Assembly (NCBI GenBank): GCA_048213135.1 | Contig: PS015097.1 | Span: forward strand, 375,231-395,230 | Direction of reading: 5' to 3' | DNA length: 20,000 nucleotides | From: Reclinomonas americana ATCC 50394 | Lineage: Eukaryota | Part shown: piece by piece, positions 9,210 to 17,800 of the stretch | Layout of the letters: each line of letters begins with the position of its first letter | Position numbering within the stretch: the stretch's first letter is position 1 | The notes under the pieces: generated by a model | Seen by the model: the letters and a program-made list of their open reading frames with translations, nothing else | Told to the model about the DNA's origin: nothing | Database searches by the model: none | Made by a program: the position numbers and the translations under genes

Positions 9210-12200
9210 GAGTTATTGCGCACAGACACAACAAGCGAGCATTGCACGCAACAGTGCCGGCGAGGTTAGTTTTCAGCCACACAAAGAGGCCACCGCCACC
9301 AACGTAATTGGAAGTCGAGCTGCTGTCGACACCACGAGCCACTGTGTGTGGCGTTGGGGGTCAGTACAGACCGTGCGTATGATTGATTAGTTGCCACACC
9401 ACCACACTCGCTCAAGTACACCAACCAGAACCACCATTGCCCAGCTGCTGGACAACGTTACTGGAGAATGTGCATCCGGCGACACTCACAGCCGGCTGCG
9501 ACAGGTAGGGATGATGAGAGCAAGCGACAGGCAGCACTCGCAGTCACAAGCACTGACCACAGCCGTATCCTGGAACGAAAAGAAGAAAAACCCGCCACCG
9601 CCTGATCCTTCTGATTCACTCTGGCATGTCCCGGAATTAGTGCCTGTGAGCATCGCACAAGCTCCTTAGCAAGGTACACACAGCTCAGAGCAGACGGACT
9701 CTGGAAGGAGAACCTCCATTTCCGACGTTTGACACTAGGTTGGACGTGAAGTTGGTATTGACCACCGATACGGTGGTCTGCGAGCACAGCAGAGGACAGA
9801 GTTAAGCGCGCCGAAACAAGAGATGAGCTTGGGTGCGATAACATACCGAGTAGTAGGCTGATATCCACACGGCACCGCCGCCGTGTGTGCCAGTTGAAGA
9901 GTCGGAGGAGTCGACATTGTTGTTGCCTGATACGAGAGGTGAGAAGGGAAAGGGGAGAAGGAAAACGGAGAAGGAAAGAGAAGATGAGAACAGAGTAGAA
10001 GGGAAAGTGGAGAAGGGGAAGTGGAGAAGGGAAGAGGAGAGAGGAAAAGCGGAGAAGGGAAAGTGGAGAAGCGAGAGTGGAGAAGGGAAGGAGGACAAGG
10101 AAAACGGAGAAGGAAAGAGAAGAGAGGAGAACAGAGAAGAAGGGAAAGGCGAGAATGGACACGCGAGAGCGGAAATGTGAGAGTGGAGAATGGAAGGAGG
10201 GAAAGAAAGAATCCAGAAGGGAGGGATGCGTGACACAGGACAGAGCGAGAGCGAGAAAAGCAGCGTATCCACACACGCAAGCGTGGAGAACGGAAGGAAG
10301 AAAAGAAAGAGTCCAGAAGGGTGGGATGCGTGACAGAGGGCCAGGCCGTGCTATACCAAGCAGAGCGAAAACGAGGAAAGAAGCGTATCCACACACGCAG
10401 TAGAAGCGTTCACCCCCCTCAAGAAAGCACTGGCAGCAAAGGGACAGACCGGAAGTAACGGAGGCCGAAGAGGGAATATCGAGAGAGGTGGACAGTGCGA
10501 GGAGAGGCGGTTTGACCAGCAACACATACTTACTAACACCGAAGGAAACTTCGTGACAAGAAGCGACACCAATGATGCCTCGTGTAGGATGCAAGGAATA
10601 TTCGGCTGAGTGGGCAAATGGTAGCAACGCACCTCCGTTCCCGCTGTTGGTCACTGTGTTGTTCACGAACTGGCAATTGCCGATGGAAGCCGTGAACTGC
10701 GAGGGTCCCCACGGAAGAGAAAAATGTACATGATGAGACATGGAGACGACGAACACGCGCGATCACACAGGCACAGGTGCGCACCGGCACGGCAGACATT
10801 ATCCAAACACCACCGCCACCACAATACCCGCCAGAAGATGATCCCGTGGTGTATGCCGTGGCTGTGACGAGCAGCATGTGCCAGTCGGTCAACGAAGAAA
10901 GACAACAAAAAAAAGCAGACCTCGACTGGCGGAGCACGCAACCACTGGTAGAGCTGGAACCACCGTTGCAAACGCCATTCACATTATTATTGACAAACAC
11001 GGAGTCGACAATCGACTCTGTCGGTTGCACCGCCTGCGCATGACGGATGGTGAGTGCGCCGCGCGCACCGGAGAGACACCCTCGTCATGCGTACCAGTGC
11101 ACTGCCTTGCGGAGCCATGAAGACCACATATACGGCACCACCGCCGCCGCCACCGCCTGCAGCATCCTGGGAAGCGCCCGTGTTCAACTGACCTCCGTTG
11201 CCCGAGTTGGAGACACTGTTGCCGGAGAAGATTGATCCCGAAATCTATGCAAGAACGGACATTTTCCTTGAGAAAGGGGAGCAACAATGTGCAACGCTGC
11301 GCAATCCACGTACCAGGTGCGACTGGGAGACACGCGCAAAAATCGCTCCACCGCCGACAAAAGTATAGCGAGCGGAATCGATTGAATTGATCAACGAAAC
11401 AGCGATCGTGTTTCCAGATCCGGAATTTGAGTTGCCACCGTTGGCTGCGCCGGTTACCGTGTTGCGCAGAAATGATGACTGCAACACCTGAGAGACGTAC
11501 GCAAGGCCCGACACGTAAAAAAAAAACAGGAGGACAGCATTAACCGATGGGGACAACGCCGGCGCAACTTGGTGCACGCCAGCAGGCGTGTGGAACACGG
11601 CACCGCCACCGCAGATGGCACCGGAGCTGCCGTCGTTGTTGGTTTTTACCGGACCGTTGCAGCTGTTGCTGACGCTGTTGTCGCTGAACTGCGACTGTGT
11701 GATCTGCGCAATCGACGAGATCAGGGGGGAGAAAGGGGAAAGGAGAGGGAGAAGGGGGAAAGGGAAGGGGAAGGGGAAGGGGAGGGAAGGGAAGGGTAGA
11801 GAGGGGAAGGGAAGGGAACGGAAGAGGAGGGAAGGGTAGAGAAGGGAAGGGATGAGATGGGAATGGAAGGGAAGGGAAGGGAAGGGAAGCGAAGGGAAGG
11901 AAGGGAGAGAGTGAGGCAGGGAGAGAGACAGGGAGACGGAGAAATGGCGAGAACGGGGGGAGACGGAATGAGCTGCAGGGAAGGAATGACGAGGAGACAG
12001 AGATGAGAGAGAAAGAGCGAGAAACGAAGAGAGGGAAGAGGGAAGGGCAGGGAGAGAAGGAATAAGACGAGGACACAAGGGGAGTGGGAGAGGGCGAAGA
12101 ATAAGAAGGAATAGGGTGCACAAAACTCGGCATCTCAGTCGCCATCAGGCATCTCACAGACAGCAAAGATATCAGAACAAACTACTCAATCCCACTGCCT

Positions 12201-13990
12201 CTGGCTACCTCTCCCCCATCGCACAGATCAAGCACGCAGAAATAACGTACTCAACTCATGTCCTCCACAACACACATCAGACAAACCCCTCTCAAAACAC
12301 ACCTTGAGCAGTGCCGTATCAGCAAATGACTGGAAGAACACGGCACCACCGCCCGCTCGCCAGCCACCACTTGTGTCCACACCAGAGGCGAATGAACACC
12401 GAGTGCGGCACACAATGCTGTTGGCGCTGGTGGAGACTTGGTTGTTGCTGAAGGTGGAGTTGAAGAACGTGGCACTGAGCATGGTCGAGAGCAGCACGCC
12501 ACCACCTCCCACATACGTCTGGCCGCCGGGAGTTGCCGTGTCACCGTTTCCGCAGTTCACCACCACGTTGTTACGCCACGTACTGCTCGAGTCGGTGTAC
12601 GAGACCGACGACGCTTGCATGGACCCCAGGAAGAGTGCGCCGCCACCGTTGAACTGTCCGGGAAGCCCGCGTGCCGTGTTGCTGTCAAACATGCACTGCA
12701 ATGTACTGACCGAAAAGAGCGCCGTGCCAACAGCAAGCACCGCACCGCCACCTCGATAACTGATCGAATTGGTGGTTGTGGTGCCGGTGGCGTCCACGGT
12801 GTTGTTGAAAAATGTGCAGCGCTGCAGAGACACACAGAGAAAGCGCGGCTCCGCTTGCATTCGCTCCGAGTTTTGCGCAGGATGTAAACGAAGAGTCCAT
12901 CACCGTCACCTTGAGAAACTTGCCGTTCAACGAAATGGCGGAACCCGCCAAACCTCCAGCGGTGGATGTGATGCGAGAGAACACGCAGCCAGTGACCGAT
13001 AGCAGCGGTTGCGTGGTGGAGGGCGCAGCTGTCGAGTCGAGCGAAATGGCACCGGCTGTTGCGTCGGCAAATGTGCAGCTGGAAAAGGTCAGTTGTGGTG
13101 AGACAACGGCCGCGGTGCCCAGCGGAGCCGTCCAGATGACTGGCGCCTTCGTGGAGCCTCCACTGAACGAGAGGCCAGACAAAGTGACTTGCGCAGCCTG
13201 CGTAAAGTTGAAGGCGCTGAAGGAGCCGGCGAGGATGGTGGGGGTCATTGCGTTGTTGGAGGGGGAGACAGAGACGGAGCGGCCTGTGGGAAGAGAGTGG
13301 TGAGTCAAGGAGAGGGAAGAAAAGGCGGACATCGAACTGGACAGTAAGCACGCCAACTTGGATCCAAACAAACTCACCAACGACGGTCAACTGAGTACCG
13401 GCCTGCGTCACGTTGTAGAGACCGCCAAGCATCAGCACGGACAGTGACCACGCCGTCGACTGCGCGTCAAACGACTGCGTGGATGAGCACGACAGCACCG
13501 CCGCGGAGAGGGCACAGGCGTTGTCGGCCGTGAGGCCACAGGCTGCGGCATTCGTTGAACCGGTCGGCGACACAAAGACTGCAGGAAGGCGTCAGCGAGA
13601 GATGAGGGAGAGGGGACAGAACAGGCTCATCTAATGCAATCATATCAATCCCCGCTCTCCACACAACTCACCCGTGCACACAGTAGCCGCCGTCGAAACA
13701 GCGCTGGACTCGTACACTCTTGCGGGCGCTGGCGCTGGCGGTGACGGTGACGCGCGGACACTGAAATCGTCTGCTGGACCAGCCGCAGCCGCCGACACGC
13801 GGTCTGTCTCGCGGTGGACTGCGTGCGTTCGTATGCGAGTGCGGCGGGCAAGCAAGTCGCCAGAGTGCAACTCGAGGAGACGATCGCTCAGGCGCGGCGG
13901 TAACTTCTGCGCTTCACTCGAGGAGATGAAGAGGCAGCTGATGGTCACCAGGCCGAGAAGGAGAAGGAGAGGCGCAGAGAGGCGCGCCAT
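692..13990 (-). CDS. Large (~2,490 aa, ~33 exons) secreted-ectodomain multi-pass membrane protein: Pmp-like/pectin-lyase-fold beta-helix repeats + Cys-rich ephrin-receptor-like region + ~9-TM membrane domain
   Basis: Manual exon chain with all phases consistent: 13990-13672, 13578-13378, 13283-~12904, 12821-12303, 11703-11545, 11487-11314, 11244-11095, 11033-10943, 10861-10785, 10696-10633, 9926-9847, 9777-9714, 9643-9558, 9495-9426, 9341-9253, 8821-8758, 8695-8619, 8547-8490, 8411-8332, 8268-8116, 8035-7993, 7093-6966, 6893-~6744, 6669-4623, 4116-~3947, 3882-3298, 3234-3099, 2997-2526, 2452-2335, 1557-1497, 1439-1273, 1203-963, 885-692 (TAG). Signal peptide MARLSAPLLLLLGLVTISCLFISSSEA. Beta-helix N-cap VFVSPTGS..CG....AC. 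Dozens of FxxN and GG[AG][VIL] motifs. Some junctions are ambiguous and one intron contains a gap. Confidence 0.85.
1600..1905 (+). repeat. (GAA)n/(GAGGAA)n/(GA)n purine-rich simple repeats in intron 1558-2334
   Basis: Seen directly; lies between exons that join cleanly (..RLDDEK|TMRLYG..). Confidence 0.9.
3180..3670 (-). other. Cys-rich juxtamembrane region (ephrin-receptor-like / GCC2-GCC3-type repeat and following Cys module)
   Basis: CPAGYSYQTGQGCVSCPKGQYSL..EQCVSCPPHVQCQGG..VQSGYW...CPYDYC...C...HR....MCGACA|DGYSHW..ECIEC. Confidence 0.75.
4140..4460 (+). repeat. Polypurine low-complexity tract (intronic; polypyrimidine on the transcript)
   Basis: Almost exclusively A/G; within intron 4117-4622. 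Confidence 0.85.
4623..6669 (-). other. Single 2,047-nt exon encoding an uninterrupted run of Pmp-like beta-helix repeats
   Basis: ORF 4618..6741 contains repeated FxxNxA...GGA[ILV] units (e.g. FSGNNATLAGGALNL, FLGNRAISGGALYM, FINNNRALGAGGGLFF). Acceptor CAG at 6672-6670; donor at 4622. Confidence 0.85.
7110..7278 (+). repeat. Short tandem repeats (gaggagaagggggrat-like, ~15-16 bp; gaaggaacagggg, ~13 bp) running into an assembly gap
   Basis: Seen directly; within intron 7094-7992. Confidence 0.8.
7279..7690. other. Assembly gap (Ns) inside a purine-rich intron
   Basis: N run flanked on both sides by aaggaacag-type repeats. Confidence 0.99.
8870..9207 (+). repeat. Polypurine tract followed by (CA)n microsatellite (about 9168-9207), intronic
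   Basis: Seen directly; within intron 8822-9252. Confidence 0.88.
9935..10400 (+). repeat. Polypurine tract plus an imperfect ~100-bp tandem duplication (10201-10279 vs 10301-10399), intronic
   Basis: aaagaaagaRtccagaagggWgggatgcgtgaca...cagagcga...agcgtatccacacacgca occurs twice. Confidence 0.85.
11722..12112 (+). repeat. Polypurine tract with (GAAGG)n/(GAAGGG)n repeats, intronic
   Basis: Seen directly; within intron 11704-12302. Confidence 0.88.
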
Positions 13991-14609
13991 GCCGAGAGTG
14001 GCAGGCTTACAGAAGAGGGCGCTTGCTTTGCGCGCGCTTGATGACGACAGGGTGTGTGAGAAGCATGCTAGCAGGACACGGACCGAACAACATCCGCGCG
14101 CGCTTCGCCACAGCTTACGGCTTGTTGGAAACCTCGGGTGTGTGCCGCGCATGGCCGTTTGCAGGTGGTACGTCGACGTACGCGTCAAAACTGGCTTGCA
14201 ATTGTCGCGCAACTGCAGCGACGTTGACAGCGCTAGCTGCAGGCCAAACGAGTCGCATATTGCAGTGTGTGCGGTACTAGAGAATTTATATCACGGACTG
14301 AACTGCAGTGGCAGTTTATGAAGCTCAGTAGTACAGCGAGCGCTCGAGCAATTAATATCAATTGATATCGACGTCGCGAAGTGCAGTCGAAGTGATGCAC
14401 GTTGACGAGGTTCGCCGACACGGAGAGAAAGAGAGTGAGATCGCAATCATCTGGGGTGTGACTTCCCTGCAAGCGACCCTGCGGAGGACAAGTGTTCGGA
14501 AAAACGAGATTCGCAAAATCGAACACGCACGCACCGCACCCACACGCACACACACACGCAACAATCAAAGAAGCACCATCACCCTTCCAACCCCTTGTAG
14601 TGAACAACA
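13991..14609. promoter_or_regulatory. Probable bidirectional promoter / 5' UTR region between two head-to-head genes
   Basis: 619 bp between ATG 13990 (-) and ATG 14610 (+). Contains an AT-richer patch near 14280-14370 and two perfect 14-bp palindromes (14168-14181, 14355-14368). Function is inferred from position only. Confidence 0.5.
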
Positions 14610-14804
14610 ATGTCCACCAAACATGGTGAGTGGTGCCGTGCTGGCTTCAGCTTCATACTCTCCTTTGTTGTTTGTCTGATTGTTTCTCCGCCTCCCTCTT
14701 CGCAGTCACCTCTCGTCTCCTGGTGCCACTGCTGTGCGTCATCATCCTGCTCGTCGGCGTCTCGCATGGTGAGTCGCACGACGTGCGTGGATGTACTCGC
14801 GGGC

Positions 14805-14850
<46 letters not shown>

Positions 14851-17800
14851 GGCGGACGGCGTCGCGTCGCGCGCACCATGTCGCCCGATCTTAAACTGTT
14901 TCTGTGTGACCAGGTGTGCCTTTGCCGGTCAGGCAAATCTCCACCGGCTTCAAGGGGACGTCCATTGCGCCGCCGGTGGGTGCTGGCGTCACGTTCTCGC
15001 AAGACGACCACTGGAGTGTCACTGTGAACGGCCAGACCACCAAGGCCTACGTGAGCAACCCTTCGATGTGCTACACGGGGACGACCATTTGCTGGGACGC
15101 TCCCTCCACGGCCTCTGCGTGGGTGACTCCATGTGAGTAGATCTCTCTCTCTCTCTTCCCTTATGCTTCGAATTACCTCCTCTCCTTTGTTGAGCAAGAA
15201 CTAAAACACTTGTTCCGCTCACAGCCAGCAGCAGCACGGCCCCCTATGCGTGGGACAACAAGACATTGCAGTACACCACCAGCTTTGACATGACGGGCTA
15301 CGATCCGAGCAAAACAATCTTGCAGATTCGACTTGAGGGAGACGCAGCTTCTGCCTCCCCGTCGAGCGCCTTTGTGCAACTGACGCCTGCCGGCACCACA
15401 AATCTACTTGCAGTGCCCTATCCCTCGTGGTTGGGTGATAACTCGTATGTGCTCTCCAACCATCCGTGGGTGACGGTGACAGGATGGCTTCCGAAGGCAG
15501 GCAATGTGCTGTCGGTGAAAATCAAAAATTTCAGCGATATCACTGGACTCCGAGTGGAGGCGCAGTGTGAGTACCGCTCCACATCCGTGGTGTGTACGTG
15601 TTGCAATGACTTGCAAATTTATGCTCACCGAGTTTCATGTGCATGCAGTGCTCTGCAGCACAAGTGCCTGCGCAGCGTCCTTTACGTGCTGCTTTGGCCT
15701 ATGTGCCCAAACCAGCAGTGATGTCAGCAACTGTGGCGTGTGCGGCAACGTGTGCCCCACTGGCCAGTCGTGCTGCAGTGGCAAGTGTGTCAGTTCCAGC
15801 AGCGACATCAACAACTGCGGCACTTGTGGCAAGGTGTGCGCAGCCGGCCAAGCCTGCTGCAATGGCTCGTGCGTCAACCTCAGCAGCAACACAAGCAACT
15901 GTGGTACTTGTGGCAAGTCGTGTGCGACTGGCCAGGACTGCTGCAGCGGCGTGTGCGTCTTGCCAAGCAGTTACACCAGTGACAGCAAGAACTGCGGCTC
16001 GTGCGGCAACGTGTGCCCCACTGGTCAGTCGTGCTGCAATGGCAAGTGCGTCAACCTCAGCAGCAACACGAGCAACTGCGGTACTTGTGGCAAGTCGTGC
16101 GCCGCCGGTCAGGACTGCTGCAGCGGCGTGTGCGTATTGCCAAGCAGTTACACCAGTGATAGCAAGAACTGCGGCTCGTGCGGCAACGTGTGCCCCACTG
16201 GCCAGTCGTGCTGCAACGGCGTCTGCACCAATCTCGCCAGCAACGCCAACAACTGCGGCACTTGTGGCAAGGTGTGTCCCACTGGGCAGTCGTGCTGCAA
16301 TGGCTCGTGTGTGAACCTCAGCAGCAACACGAGCAACTGTGGTACGTGTGGCAAGTCGTGCGCCGCCGGTCAGGACTGCTGCAACAGTGTTTGTTACGCC
16401 ATCAGCAACTACGCCACTGACGTTAAGAACTGCGGCTCGTGCGGCAACGTGTGCCCCACTGGGCAGTCGTGCTGCAACGGCGTCTGCACCAATCTCGCCA
16501 GCAACGCCAACAACTGCGGCGTCTGCGGCAAGGTGTGTCCCACTGGGCAGTCGTGCTGCAACGGCTCGTGTGTGAACCTCAGCAGCAACACGAGCAACTG
16601 CGGTACGTGTGGCAAGACGTGCGCCGCCGGCCAGGACTGCTGCAACGGTGTNNNNNNNNNNNNNNNNNNNNNNNNNNNNNNNNNNNNNNNNNNNNNNNNN
16701 NNNNNNNNNNNNNNNNNNNNNNNNNNNNNNNNNNNNNNNNNNNNNNNNNNNNNNNNNNNNNNNNNNNNNNNNNNNNNNNNNNNNNNNNNNNNNNNNNNNN
16801 NNNNNNNNNNNNNNNNNNNNNNNNNNNNNNNNNNNNNNNNNNNNGCAGTTACACCAGTGATAGCAAGAACTGCGGCTCGTGCGGCAACGCATGTCCCACT
16901 GGGCAGTCGTGCTGCAATGGCAAGTGCGTCAGCCTCAGCAGCGACATCAACAACTGCAAAACCTGTGGCAACATTTGCCCAGTCCGTCAGGTCTGCTGCA
17001 ACGGCGTGTGCATGTTTCCCGGCAATTACGCCAACGACAGGAACAATTGTGGCTCTTGCGGTTTTGTGTGCCCCGCCACAAGCCAGTCATGCTGCAACAG
17101 CAACTGCGTCGTGTTGAGTAGCGATGTGAGCAACTGTGGCACCTGTGGCAACGTGTGCCCCACTNNNNNNNNNNNNNNNNNNNNNNNNNNNNNNNNNNNN
17201 NNNNNNNNNNNNNNNNNNNNNNNNNNNNNNNNNNNNNNNNNNNNNNNNNNNNNNNNNNNNNNNNNNNNNNNNNNNNNNNNNNNNNNNNNNNNNNNNNNNN
17301 NNNNNNNNNNNNNNNNNNNNNNNNNNNNNNNNNNNNNNNNNNNNNNNNNNNNNNNNNNNNNNNNNNNNNNNNNNNNNNNNNNNNNNNNNNNNNNNNNNNN
17401 NNNNNNNNNNNNNNNNNNNNNNNNNNNNNNNNNNNNNNNNNNNNNNNNNNNNNNNNNNNNNNNNNNNNNNNNNNNNNNNNNNNNNNNNNNNNNNNNNNNN
17501 NNNNNNNNNNNNNNNNNNNNNNNNNNNNNNNNNNNNNNNNNNNNNNNNNNNNNNNNNNNNNNNNNNNNNNNNNNNNNNNNNNNNNNNNNNNNNNNNNNNN
17601 NNNNNNNNNNNNNNNNNNNNNNNNNNNNNNNNNNNNNNNNNNNNNNNNNNNNNNNNNNNNNNNNNNNNNNNNNNNNNNNNNNNNNNNNNNNNNNNNNNNN
17701 NNNNNNNNNNNNNNNNNNNNNNNNNNNNNNNNNNNNNNNNNNNNNNNNNNNNNNNNNNNNNNNNNNNNNNNNNNNNNNNNNNNNNNNNNNNNNNNNNNNN

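Noticed and set aside
1204-11544. Six short in-frame stop-free introns (57-81 nt) as regulated intron retention
   Set aside because: About a third of introns are expected to be 3n, and short GC-rich ones often lack stops; no enrichment is evident.
6543-12166. Long minus-strand ORFs rich in Pro/Ser/Leu/Phe (6543..8279, 8609..9247, 9458..10756, 11245..12123 etc.)
   Set aside because: Stop-poor pyrimidine introns (and Ns) fused to small true exons; not separate genes.
4623-13990. Bacterial (Chlamydia-type) autotransporter or bacterial contamination
   Set aside because: Dozens of spliceosomal introns and an alpha-helical multi-TM C-terminus rather than an autotransporter beta-barrel.
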